Positions 12,051-24,660 of a stretch of DNA of 64,000 bases are shown here, in pieces. A model generated the notes under the pieces. It ran no database searches, was not told the DNA's origin, and saw only the letters and a program-made list of their open reading frames with translations. Every line of letters begins with the position of its first letter. Position 1 is the stretch's first letter. Location: contig CM052816.1 of NCBI GenBank assembly GCA_028534125.1, positions 30,506,001 to 30,570,000 on the forward strand, given 5' to 3'. The DNA comes from Lama glama (Eukaryota). The position numbers were made by a program, and so were the translations under genes.

Positions 12051-14792
12051 CGCACCCTGGTGTGTCTTCTTCCACTGGAATGTTAACTCCAGAAGGATAG
12101 CAATTGTCATCTGCTTTTTCTACTGCTTTTCCTTCATCTCCCAGAATAGTTGCTGAAGCATAGTAGATACTGAACAGATATGTGTTGAATGACTCTATGA
12201 ATGACTAACTCAATATGGAGTGGATTAAATATAGCCATAACAACAGTGACAACTGCTGCCACTGATGGGCATTTTTTGAGTCATTTTCATGTTCTTGTAG
12301 TCTCAGAAATACAGAGGGAAGGAGTCAGTAAGGGTGCCCACAACACTTGTGATGACAGTTGTTTTTGGGTGTTGCAGTTATACAGTATTTTTGTTTATTT
12401 GTTGTCCTGCCTATCTTTCTTTTCTAAATGTTCTGCTGTGAACCTATCTTATTATAAGAGATAAATAGAAGAAATTTTTTACTTCCCCTTTTTGCTCTCC
12501 TTTTAAATTATTTTCCTTGTAATCAGGATCTCTCATAAAGACCAAGTTTGATTTAGGAAAAAAAATTTAAAATAACATTTCAGAAACATTGAATAGCTCT
12601 AGTCCTGGCTTTTAGTTTACTTGGCATTGGCTTACTATATTTATTCTAAACACCTGTTGTGAGTCTTGAAGAGAAAAAAGTCACTGAGAAAATCTCTCTG
12701 CAGAATTTTCTTGCCAGATACTAAGTAAGGCCTACTGAACAAAACTTTTTGGCTTAACATATGGAAAGAAAAACTGAATCATATTTCCCCTGATTTCAGC
12801 ACTGAAATCAAGTTATTAAAGAGTGCAAAGACTGAAAAGGATCAAACAAAAATCTCCAGTCTCCCAAATTTCCAGTAATGCTATTTGCTTGATAAAAAAT
12901 GAATGAATCTGTTCCTTGAAATGCAGTAACAATTTAAAATGTAAAGCAAAAATAAAATCTCACACACCAAAATATACTTAGGCAATTTTAAAATAGGCTT
13001 ATAGACTCAAGTTTTGCTTATAGTTTGACTTTGCAAGAATTGAAGCTAATTGAATTTGGTGTCAGGCACTATTTCTAAGCAAAACCGAATGCTATGAGCT
13101 TTTTAAGCTCAAATCCGGTTTCAGCTTCAGTGAACTCAGTGTACAAATTCAGACTTTTTATTTGCTGAATAAAATGTCTATCGGGTGGAGGGAAACATGA
13201 TTTCATCAGCAACTAATTGGGGGTTTATATCTATACATTCTTGTCTTCTTTTTTTTTTCGGAATTATAGAAACATTTTGTAACCTTGAAGTAAATATTAG
13301 AAGGTAAGGGATAGGAAAAAGCAACCAAGATGGGTTGATTTGTCTCTGATTATTCAGAAATTTTTTTTCTAGGAATGTGAACGGGGGAGTAAAACACTTT
13401 GACAGGTTTCTCTTGAGAATGACTTTAGGCCCAGACTGTTAGAATGGGCAATGCACCTCGGCTGTTAACCTTTCCAAATTGTAACCAGAGGGTGTCACTA
13501 TCAGGAATCAAAATGATATAAACACATTTTCAGGAGTCTTATTTCTGGTTCCAAGGGATTCATCTTCGTATAACAGGCAGCTGGGACCCTGGACATGTGG
13601 CTCCAAAGAGCAAAGGCTTAGTAACAGCACAGACCATGAAGGGCAAGCAAGATGACAGAATTGGCAGGAGCCTATGGGCTGACAGTATGAAACGAGACGA
13701 GGGATAATGGATCTAAAATCTTGGATGCCAATAAAAAGAATATAGGATGATGAAAGCCATCAGTGAGAGGGACTGAGATGACATGCTCTTCAGATGACAA
13801 TGCACAGAGGAAATACACTGTGCCAGTGACTCTGGTAGCCCTGCTGCTGTAAACTCTGTGAACACCTGCTCATGGAATTGTCAGACAGGACTGCTTTGCT
13901 TTATGAAGGTCTTGGCGCCTGGGTGCTACAGTAGTAGGAGAATGAAATGTAAGTCCGTCCTTAGGAGGCAGATGAACAACACAGCTGGCCCTCCAAGGAC
14001 AAGAGTAGTGAAGATGCCATGAGAGGGCTTACTGTATCTTCTTTCCAGGAAGATGGCCTGGGTTCACCTGGTCCTATGTATTCACCTTTTCCCGAGGACA
14101 GTTTACCCAACTTATTTATGGTTTACTTGATGTGTTTCTTCTAATATACATCCTCTTTTCTTCAGTTCTTTGGCACAACTGGAAAGATGACTCAGTACCT
14201 CTCTTCTCTTTATGAGTTCCTTTCTGTTGTTCCATCAGTGGTCTCAGTCTCCAGGCCCAGGGCAGTGTTGGAGTCAGCTCACTGAACTGGGATCCATCTT
14301 GACTTCTGCCCCACATCTTCTGGGCTAACACATGGCCAAAACCGCGTGGTGTCCAACATCTACAGGGACCTAGGCTGCTATTCTAAGTCATTCATGAACT
14401 TGCAAGTGTGAAAGAGTTAAGAACTTACCAGGCAACCCTTATTTAATAGGGACTACAAGATCCAACAGAAAAATACTTGCCCCTTACATCTCTCTGGTGG
14501 GTGATTCGGAAATGCTTTCTCCATGAAGAGATTTTTAACTGGGGGAAATTTTAGCTATGTACAATCAAGTATAATTTCATCCTTCCATCCTTCCCTCTGT
14601 TCATCTTTCTCTCTTCCTTCCTTCATCCCTTTCTTTATTCTTATAAGGTGTTATTGAGGAGGAGGGTAATGATTGCACAAAATAAATAAAAAATCATCTT
14701 AGAATAAATCATATACATCAAAAATGAAAGTAATATATCAAGGTGATAAGACTTTTAGAGAATTCTAGACAGATATACATGTCAATTCATAA

Positions 14793-15237
14793 TTTTTTTT
14801 ACTTTTTTAGTTCCTATATTGTAGTATCATTGCTGTACCATATTATATGTTACAGGTGTACAGTATAGTGATACACAATTTTTAAAGATTATACTCCATT
14901 TATAGTTATAAAATATTGGCTATATTCCCTATGTTGTACAATACATCCTTTAACTTATTTTATACCTAATAGTTTGTACCTCTTACTCCCTTACTCTAAT
15001 ATTGCCCCTCTGCTTCCCTCTCCCAACTGGTAACTACAAGTTTGTTCTCTAGATCTGTGAGTCTGCTTCTTCTTTGTTACATTCACTAGTTTGCTGTGTT
15101 TTTTAGATTCCACATGTGATACCATACAGTGTCTTTCTCTATCTGACTTATTTCACTTAACAAAATGCCCTCCAAGTCCATCTATGTTGCTACAAATGGC
15201 AAGATTTCATTCTTTTTTTAAAGCTGAGTAGTGTTCC

Positions 15238-15268
<31 letters not shown>

Positions 15269-15662
15269 CTGTGTGTATCTGTGTGTGTGTGTGTACCACA
15301 TCTTCTTTATCCAATTGTACCTTGATGGACACTTAGGTTGCTTCCATATCTTAGCAATTGTAAATAATGCTGCTATGATCGTTGGGTTGCATGTATCTTT
15401 TCAAGTTAGTGTTTTTGGTTTTTTTTTCAGATATATACCCAGGAGTGGAATTGCCAGGTCATATGGTAGTTCTATTTTTAGCTTTTTGAGAAACCTCCAT
15501 ATTTTCCACAGTGGCTGCATCAGTTTACATTCCCACCAAGAGTGTATGAAGTTTCCCTTTTCTTCCTATCCTTGCCAGCGTCTGTTATTTGTGTTCTTTT
15601 TGATGATCACTATTCTGACAGGTGTGAGGTGATATCTCATCATAGTTTTGATGTGCATTTTC
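14793..15662 (-). mobile_element. Older L1 3' end (ORF2 C-terminus plus 3' UTR)
   Basis: Antisense L1 motifs (tacaggtgtacagtatagtgat; cccaggagtggaattgccaggtcatatggtagttct; ggtgtgaggtgatatctcat). Confidence 0.9.
15240..15294. repeat. (TG)n microsatellite expanded within L1
   Basis: Direct reading. Confidence 0.95.
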
Positions 15663-16472
15663 TTTTTTTTAACATTTTTTATTGATTTATAATCATTTTA
15701 CAATGTTGTGTCAAATTCCAGTGTAGAGCACAATTTTTCAGTTAAACATGAACATATATATATATATATATATTCATTGTCACACTTGTTTCTCTGTGAG
15801 CTACTGTAAGATCTTGTATATATTTCCCTGTGCAATATAGTATAATCTTGTTTATCTATTCTACATTTTGAAATCCCAGTCTGTCCCTTCCTACCCTCCG
15901 CCTGCTTGGCAACCACAAGTTTGTATTCTATGTCTATGAGCCTGTTTCTGTTTTGTTTGTTTGTTTGTTTGTCTTTTTAGATTCCACATATGAGCGATCT
16001 CATATGGTATTTTTCTTTCTTCTTCTGGCTTACTTCACTTAGAATGACATTCTCCAGGAACATACATGTTGCTGCAAATGGTGTTATGTTGTCGGTTTTT
16101 ATGGCTGAATAGTATTCCATTGTATAAATATACCACATCTTCTTCATCCAGTCATCTGTTGATGGACATTTAGGCTGTTTCTATCTCTTGGCTGTTGTAA
16201 ATAGTACTGCTATGAACATTGGGGTGCAGGTGTCATCTTGAATTAGGGTTCCTTCTGGATATATGCCCAGGAGCAGGATTCCTGGGTCATATAGTAAGTC
16301 TATTCCTAGTCTTTTGAGGAATCTCCATACTGTTTTCCACAGTGGCTGCACCAAACTGCATTCCCACCAGCAGTGTAGGAGGGTTCCCTTTTCTCCACAG
16401 CCTCTCCAGCATTTGTCATTTATGGATTTTTGAATGATGGCCATTGTGACTGGTGTGAGGTGATACCTCATT
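15663..16472 (-). mobile_element. Young lineage-specific L1, 5'-truncated
   Basis: ORF 16181-16471 is the ORF2 C-terminus (RYHLTP...[33 protein letters not shown]); 3' UTR closely similar to the copies at 20281 and 26213. Confidence 0.95.
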
Positions 16473-16539
16473 ATGTCAATTCATAAATTGATTGTGGTTA
16501 GAGGAAATACCTCTCCCTCCATTAGTAATTCTTTTTTTC

Positions 16540-17600
16540 TTCTATAACTTTATTTTTTCTTGTAAAATTTTCAAATATTCAAAAAAGAGAATTACATAAT
16601 GAATACCAATACACATATCACTGGATTTAACAATTGTTAACATTTAGCATGTTTGCATCATCTATTTTCTGCTGAAGTAATTTTATAGTAAATAATAGAA
16701 ATCATGGCATTCACCCCTATGTACTTCAGTGTGGTACTACTAATAAATAAAGACTTTATGGTAAATGCCACCCAATACAAGTATTTATTTATTCATTTTC
16801 TCAGAGTAGCTTTACTCATAATAGCAAAAAAAAAAACTGGAAATAAACCAAATAAACATCCAAAAGTAAATCCATTAACAAACTGTGTATATACTACAGA
16901 ATACTCCTCAGCTATAAAAAGGAACAATGTCATACATGCTAAAGTGATACTGTCCCCTGAAGTGACTGTATTGGTTTATGTCCCTACTAGCACTGTATAA
17001 AAGCTTCTAATGCATTTGCCACTTTGGGGATTTTAAGATTTTTGTCAGTCTGATAACTGTAATACTTAAAACAGTGTCTAATAAAAGAATAGCACTGGTA
17101 CAGGAGTACACACATTGATGGAAGAGAATAGGAAGCCCAGGGCTAGACCCACACTTTGCTTGGTAAATACCACTCAATACCTACCAGTCACACCTACCAA
17201 TGATTCCCTAATATCATTTAACAGTTACCCCATATTCAGTTTCATGAAAAACATCTTGAACAGATCAAATTAAGGCTCAGATCAGACCCAATTAAGGATA
17301 TCATGATATATTTAATTTTTATTTCTCTTAAGTTTCTTTTAATTGTAAATAATAGTTTCTTTTAATGACTTTTACTGACTTTTGAAGAAAAAAAAACTCA
17401 GCCAGTTATCTTAGAGAATGTTCTACCTTTTGGATTTCTCTAATTATTATCTCTGAATACCTTTTTGTTTGTTTCTCTCTATGCTGCATTTTATCTATAT
17501 CAAATATTAGATTTAAAGAATTGATTAATTCAGGTTAAAATATTTTCAAGAGGGACGTTTCATAGAGGATGTAGCATTATAATATTTTATTTCATCAGAT
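16540..17600 (-). mobile_element. L1MC-like 3' end, interrupted around 16790-17150 by other L1 pieces
   Basis: aacaattgttaacattt...ttcacccctatgtacttcagtg and ccagttatcttagagaatgttctaccttttggattt are antisense L1MC4/5-type 3' UTR motifs. Confidence 0.6.
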
Positions 17601-17849
17601 TCTCATATGAAATATTATATTTTCTGAGAGTCTATTCTGTAGTAAACACTGCACACAGAATTGAAAGTATACTGAGAAGGAAGACCCATTAAGTCTTTGC
17701 TCGCACAGACCTCAAGCTCTTCTTCTTACTGGCATGTCTCAGACATAAGAACCTTTCCAGCTATATAGATAGTTTCCCTGCTTCTTCTTTTGTTTTTTTT
17801 TTTTAACTTGGTAAATATATGGATGATTTATTTTCTGTGCAGTTTATAG

Positions 17850-18185
17850 AAATTTTTATTGGGTCATAATTAACACACAACACTATGTTTCAGGTGTACA
17901 ACATAGTGATTCAGTATTTTTATACGTTATGTCATCATCACCTTTGTAAGATTAGTTACCATCTGCCACCATACAAAGTTGTTACAACATTATTGACTAT
18001 ATTCCTGATGTATACATTACGTCTCTGTGACTTATTTTTCTTACAGCTGGAAGATTGAACCTCTTAATCCCCTTCGGTGATTTCTTTCTTTTCCCCACCA
18101 CCCTCTCATCTGGCAACCACCAGCTTGTTCTATCTATGACTCTATTTTATTTTATTTTGTTTGTTCCTTTGTTTTTTATTTTTTA
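17850..18185 (-). mobile_element. L1 (L1MA9-like) 3' UTR fragment
   Basis: tttcaggtgtacaacatagtgattcag...catacaaagttgttacaacattattgactatattcc...tggcaaccaccag. Confidence 0.8.
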
Positions 18186-19022
18186 GTACAAGGACTTTTT
18201 GTATCTTTCATGTCATAATGTTTCATAATTGATGTACCTTTGCTTCTTTTTCTTGAATACATTTACAAGTATGTTAGCTTCAACTTCTCTTCTTACTGAA
18301 TAAGCAAACACATGGGACCAGGAATTCTGGCATCTAACATAAGTGGGCATGGCCAGGCTTAACAGTTTATTGCCTAATTATTTAACTATATTCTTACTGA
18401 GAATGTTTGGCATTCCAGTGGTCAGATAACCCGGCAAAGCATTTGTTATTCTATTGATCAACTCCTATTAAATAATCCAACATATTCTACATTCCAACAA
18501 GCAGTTTTCATGTATTTTAATCTTTTCTCATTATCACAGTTTTCCTTCTTGGAACCGTCTCACTTATTTTTCTTTTGATTATCAAATTTATCTTTGAATC
18601 CTTTGCCTTAACTCTTCCCATTTCTCTTTAGTAAGAGAATATACTTTCTTCATAAATATTCAGTGAAAAATAGAACTTTGTTACATGGATTTAGCACATG
18701 GTTGCTAAATCCCATACTACCACCTATTCCCTCTTCCCAAGCATCATCTCCATGCCAACATGGGAGAAATGTTCTTACTTTTTACTTACTAATGTAAATG
18801 TGTACTTTATTTTTCCATATGAAGTTGACTTTGATATTTATTTTGGTACAGATTTATCAATACTATAATGTTCATTGCTGGAGTAAAGATAATGTTTTTA
18901 TTCTACTCACATTTCCTGGAAATGAACCTATCTGTTCAGTCAGCATTAAGAAATGTCTTTCAGTAGAAAACCTGTTTTTTCCCATAGAATATAGACCTAT
19001 TTCCTGCTCTCAAGGACTAGCT

Positions 19023-19208
19023 CAGTGGTTTTCAAAGTCTCAATGGGGCCATCAGCATTAGCATCACCTGGAAAACTGTTGGAAATGCAAATTCTGGGGC
19101 CCTACCCTACCTCATTCAATCAGAAACTTTAAGGGTGGGTCCCAGGAATCTGTGTTTATACAGTTCTTCTGGGTGATGGCACCATGTGCTCGGGTATGAA
19201 AAACACTG
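19023..19208 (+). mobile_element. MER5A (hAT-Charlie) MITE
   Basis: TIRs cagtggttttcaaa / tgaaaaacactg; internal agcatcacctggaaaactgttggaaatgcaaattctgggg; degenerate 8-bp CTAG-centred TSD (gactagct / ttctagcc). Confidence 0.9.
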
Positions 19209-20651
19209 TTCTAGCCTCAAGGATATTATTATGGTAATGTACAAATAGTGTAAGTTAAGTTGTAAGCAAGCCATCTCCCTTTGGTATAATTTCACTTATC
19301 AGACTAACTAAATTGCCTCCAATTAATTCAGTCACTCAAAATACAAATCTGGGTGAATTTCTTTGTCCTTCCCTTGGATTGTTTGTAAAAAATGTGAAAG
19401 GGTAGAAAGAGAAGACTGAGGGAGAATAAACATCACATAATCTTTCCTCAATAATACTGAACATGTGATTCCCTCCAAGTCCTTAGACAGCTGTTAGGTT
19501 TTCTTCTGTGAATTAGACCGCTGAAGTGAGGGACAGATGATTATTGTCTTCATTCTCTTGAGCTGTAGAAGAAAAGGAAACAATGACTCATAGAATAATA
19601 AAAATTAGAGATGAAGGAAGGAAATCAGACCTCATGTATCATCCAGTCTACTCACTTGTCGGAACAAAATTATTTCTTGCAGTGTATTTTCTAGTGTATT
19701 GTTGAGCTTAATTTATTCAACTGGATGATGTATTAGATATTATATAAAGTAGGTTATAGAGTCAACCTGGTAGTTTTCTGTTTTCAGTACCTTCAGATTG
19801 GGAGTATTCCAATTGAAACATTCAAAAGCACTCCATCTGATGTTCTTAAAGGAATATTTGACTCTCTCATTCCCCATTCACAACTGTATTCAGCCCTATC
19901 CCAGTGCCCTTTTCAAAATTAGTTTCTAGGGTTGGTCTTCATGATAAGTTCTTCAGTATTTCAATACCTAGCCTAACCAAAACATACAATTAGAGGAGCT
20001 GAGCAGAATATAAAATGTGTCAGAGTATTTGCACCATTGAGATAAAGCAAAATCAAGCTAAAGCAGAAGAAAACAAAATGTCATTTTTAGTGGAATTTAA
20101 CAGAGCATTGACTTGCTCTGAGAAACTTTAGGTAGATACAAAGAAATTAGGACGCTATTCTTTTAACACCGTGTAATAAATTTGTGGTTCAGGTGTGTAT
20201 GTGCCTCTCTTCCTTCCTCAGACTTCTTTACCTTTCTCTCCTCTTTTTGCCATTATTCATTTATTTCACAAGTATTTGTTTTGTTTTATTTTCTCAGACA
20301 TTTTTATAGAGTTATAGTCATTTTACAATGTTGTGTCAATTTCCAGTGTAGAGCACAATTTTTCAGTTATACATGAACATACATATAGTCATTGTCACAT
20401 TTTTTTTGCTGTGAGCTGCCACAAGATTTTGTGTGTATTTCCCTGTGTTATACAGTATGATCTTGTTCATCTGTTCTGCATATGCCTGTCAGTATCTACA
20501 AATTTCGAACTCCCAGTCTGTCCCTTCCCAGCCCCTCCCCCTTGGCAACCACAAGTTTGTATTCTATGTCTATGAGTCTGTTTCTGTTTTTTTATTTATG
20601 TTCTTTTTTTTTTTAGATTCGACATATGAGCAATCTCATATGGTATTTTTC

Positions 20652-20751
20652 NNNNNNNNNNNNNNNNNNNNNNNNNNNNNNNNNNNNNNNNNNNNNNNNN
20701 NNNNNNNNNNNNNNNNNNNNNNNNNNNNNNNNNNNNNNNNNNNNNNNNNNN
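20652..20751. other. Assembly gap (100 N) inside L1 3' region
   Basis: N run. Confidence 1.
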
Positions 20752-21998
20752 TCATTTTGAAGTACGGTTCCTTCTGGATATAAGCCCAGGAATGGGATTC
20801 CTGGGTCATATGGTAAGTCTATTCCTAGTCTTTTGAGGAATCTCCAAACTGTTTTCCACAGTGGCTGCACCAAACTGCATTCCCACCAGCAGTGTAGGAG
20901 GGTTCCCTTTTCTCCATAGCCTCTCCAGCATTTGTCATTTGTGGACTTTTGAATGACAGCCATTCTGACTGGTGTGAGGTGATACCTCATTGTAGTTTTG
21001 ATTTGCATTTCTCTGATAATTAGTGATACTGAGCATTTTTTCATGTGCCTATTGATCATTTGTATGTCTTCCTTGGAGAACTGCTTGTTTAGGTCTTCTG
21101 CCCGTTTTTGGACTGGGTTGTTTGTTTTTTTCATATTAAGTCATATGAGCTGCTTATGTATTCTGGAGATCAAGTCTTTGTTGGTTTCATCGTTTGCAAA
21201 AGTTTTCTCCCATTCTGTAGGTTGTCTATTTGTTTTGCTTATGTTTTCCTTTGCTGTGCAGAAGCTTGTAAGTTTAATTAGGTCCCAGTTGTTTATTCTT
21301 GCGTTTATTACTATTGCTTGGGTAGACTGCCCTAGGAGAACACTTTTGAGATGTATGTCAGATAATGTTTTGCCTATATTTTCTTCTAGGAGGTTTATTG
21401 TATCTTGTCTTATGTTTAAGTCTGATCCATTTTGAGTTTATTTTTGTGTATGGTGTAAGGGAGTGTTCTAGTTTCATTGTTTTACATGCTGCTGTCCAGT
21501 TTTCCCAACACCATTTGCTGAAGAGACTGTCTTTATTTCATTGTATATTCTTGCCTCCTTTGTTGAAGAGTAGTTGACCAAAAGTCTGTGGGTTCATTTC
21601 TGGGCTCTCTATTCTGTTCCATTGGTCTGTATGTCTGTTTTTGTACAAATACCATGCTGTGCTGATTACTGTAGCTCTATAGTATTGTCTGAAGTCTGGG
21701 GGAGTTATTCCTCCAGCCTCTTTCTTTCTCTTCATCAATGCCTTGGCAACTCTAGGTCTTTTGTAGTTCCATATAAATTTGATTATGATTTGTTCTAGTT
21801 CTTTGAAATATGTCCTGGGTAATTTGATAGGAATTGCATTAAATCTGTAGATTGCCTTGGGCAATATGACCATTTTAACAATACTGATTCTTCCAATCCA
21901 GGAGCATGGGATATCTTTCCATTTTTTTAAGTCTTCTTTAATTTCCTTAATCAGTGTTTTATAGTTCTCTGTGTGTCTTTCACCTCTTTGCTTAGATT

Positions 21999-23257
21999 AA
22001 GTAAATAAAATGGAGATTAAAAAAAATCCAAAAAAATCAATCAAACCAAAAGCTGTTTTTTTAAAAAAGTAAAATCGACAAACCTTTGGCCAAACTCACA
22101 AAGAAGAAAAAAGAGCACAAATAAGCAAAATAAGAAAGGAAAATGGAGAAAATACAACAAACAACATAGAAATATAGAATATCATATGAGAATATTATGA
22201 AAACCTATATGGAACCAAAATGGATAACCTAGAGGAGATGGACAAGTTTCTGGAAACATGCAGTCCACCAAGACTGAATCAAGAAGAAACTGACCACTTG
22301 AACAAACTGATCACTAGAAATGAAATAGAAATAGCAATAAAAACCTCCCTACAAATAAAAGCCCTGGACCAGACGTCTTCATTGGGGAATTCTACCAAAC
22401 ATACAAAGAACTCATACCAGTCCTTCTCAAACTCTTCCAGAAGATTGAAAAGGAGGGAATACTCCCAAACTCATTCTATGGAGCCACTATCACCCTGATA
22501 CCAAAACCAGGCAAAGACACCACCAAAAAAGAGAATTACAGACCAGTATCACTGATGAACATAGACACCAAAATCCTCACCAAAATATTAGCAAATAGAA
22601 TCTAACAGCACATGAAAAAGATTATACATCATGATCAAGTGGGATTCATCCCAGGGACACAAGGTGGTTCAACATACGCAAATCAGTCAATGTGATATAC
22701 CACATCAACAAGAGAAAGGACAAAAACCACATGATCATCTCAATAGATACAGAAAAAGCATTTGATAATGTTCAATACCCATTTATGATAAAAACTTTCA
22801 CCAAAGTGGATATAGAGGGGACATATCTCAACATCATAAAAGCTATATATGACAAACCTACAGCCAGCATAGTACTCAACGGTGAAAAACTCAAAAGCTT
22901 CCCCCTAAAATCTGGGACAAGGATGCCCACTATCACCACTCCTATTCAACATAGTCTTGGAAGTCCTAGCCACAGCAGTCAGGCAAGAGAAAGAAATAAA
23001 AGGGATCCAAATTGGAAAAGAAGAGGTAAAAGTGTCACTATATGCCGATGACATGATACTATACATAAAAAACCCTAAAAGGTCCACACAAAAACTACTA
23101 GAAATAATCGAAGAATTCAGCAAGGTAGCAGGTTACAAGATTAACATACAAAAATCAGTTGCATTTCTTTACACTAACGATGAATCCACAGGAAAAGAAA
23201 GTAAAGAAACAATCCCTTTGAAATAGCACCCAAAGTAATAAAATACCTAGGAATAAA
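21999..23257 (+). pseudogene. Disrupted L1 ORF2 reverse-transcriptase core (inverted segment)
   Basis: ORF pieces in shifting frames: [38 protein letters not shown] (YADD motif). Several frameshifts or stops. Confidence 0.92.
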
Positions 23258-23294
23258 TCACAAGTATTTGTTGAATGACCTGCATGTACGAAGG

Positions 23295-23450
23295 GGGTTT
23301 ACTATTAGTTCTGTGATTTAGAGGGTATTTAATATTGCTATGCCACATTTCCCTCTCCTGTAAAACAGTAGCAACCTCCTAGACTTGTGAGAAAATGAAA
23401 TGACACACACTTCATGTGAAACTGCTTGTAAGAACTTCAACACGTGGTAA
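23295..23450 (+). mobile_element. MIR fragment
   Basis: ctgtgatttagagggtatttaat...catttccctctcctgtaaaacag...ttgtgagaaaatgaaatga; MIR core. Confidence 0.55.
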
Positions 23451-24049
23451 GGAGGATTTGGGTATCATGCCTCATTGAAACATCAGAAATACCGTTGTTT
23501 AATAAGAATGATGATATTCCCACTTAAAATCTAATTAATTGTTCCAAGTGTCCCGTTCATCCAAACTCGTGCATGTTTTAAAAATACATACATATACTGA
23601 GTGAGAAGTATGTGTATGTTTGTGTGCACACAAGCATGAATGCTCACTTGCCTATTTTTAAGGATAATCTGGAATATCCCACTGATAAGCAAAGCTTTGG
23701 GGAATCTCTTATGAAGCTGGTTGAGGAGCTAACCATGCATTTCTAAAAGCCTTAAAAACAGTGGATACATGCACAAAGAAAACCTGTACATCAGATTAGC
23801 ACATTTAGTGAATTTAGAAAGTCAGGCTTTCAGTTTAAAGTGATTCACAAGAATTCTTGAAAATATCCTACTTTCTGGTTTTAACAAATGACTGTTAGAA
23901 CCATTTTTAGTACATATGTGATTTAATTACATATGTCATTGAGGTTTAGTTTTTCATATTCAGTATATTTGAAATATCATGACCATAATTTAAATGTTAT
24001 TAATGATATACTTATAATTCAGTAATATTAAAATACTGAAAGACTTTTG

Positions 24050-24660
24050 CCTAAATCTTTTTCTAAATATGAATATTTAGAAAATATGCACAAATCGTAA
24101 GTGCACAATTCTAAGGGTTTGACAGAGTGAACATGATCTTGTAAAGAGCTCCCAGTGAAGAAACAGAAAATTACTGTCACCTCCTAAACCCCTCCCATGG
24201 TGCATCCCAGTCACATGCCCAGGCCCCTGTAGGTCTGCCGATTCCAAGAACAACCACTATTGTGACTTCCAGCACTATGATTCGCTTCTTTATGTTCTTG
24301 AAATCCACATAAATCCAAGTATGTAGTTTGTGTTCTTTCATGCCTGACTTCTATTTTTTAACATTATATTTGTGAGAGTCATTCAGGCTGTTGCTTTAGC
24401 AATAATGTGTTCCCCCACTTTGATTTTTTTATGTATTTTACTATATGAACACATATATCACAAATTATTCAATCTTGTGGTAAGAAACTTGGGGTGTTCC
24501 CATTACTTGGCAGTTATTAATGCTATTAATAATGCTATTATGAACATTATTTTACATGACTTTTGATGAACATACATATGCATGTTTGTTAGGTATATTC
24601 CAAAAGTGAAATTGCTGTATCATATGATGTATGTGTGTTAAGTTGAATATACCATCCTTG
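24050..24660 (-). mobile_element. Ancient L1 (L1MB/L1ME-like) 3' end
   Basis: aaatatgcacaaatcgtaagtgcacaattc...aataatgctattatgaacatt...ggtatattccaaaagtgaaattgctg. Confidence 0.75.

Larger units (their letters stand above)
9480..12205 (+). mobile_element. Long L2 (L2a-like) LINE remnant, about 2.7 kb
   Basis: Pyrimidine-rich L2 ORF2-like sequence (ctctcaagtggtggct..., cacctggattattctaacagcttcct) ending in the L2 tail tagtagatactgaacagatatgtgttgaatga. Confidence 0.8.
20281..23257 (-). mobile_element. Young L1 with 5' inversion (twin priming), about 3 kb
   Basis: Minus-strand 3' part 20281-21998, plus-strand inverted part 21999-23257. Exact 15-bp TSD tcacaagtatttgtt at 20266-20280 and 23258-23272. 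Confidence 0.95.

Noticed and set aside
7293..13112. Small perfect hairpins (gctgtgat-gt-atcacagc near 7293, tgatttcag-ca-ctgaaatca near 12791, tgagctt-ttt-aagctca near 13095)
   Set aside because: Stems of 7-9 bp are expected by chance in 64 kb and share no sequence.
13481..13499. CTCF-like motif accagagggtgtca
   Set aside because: Several mismatches at core positions; not supportable from sequence alone.
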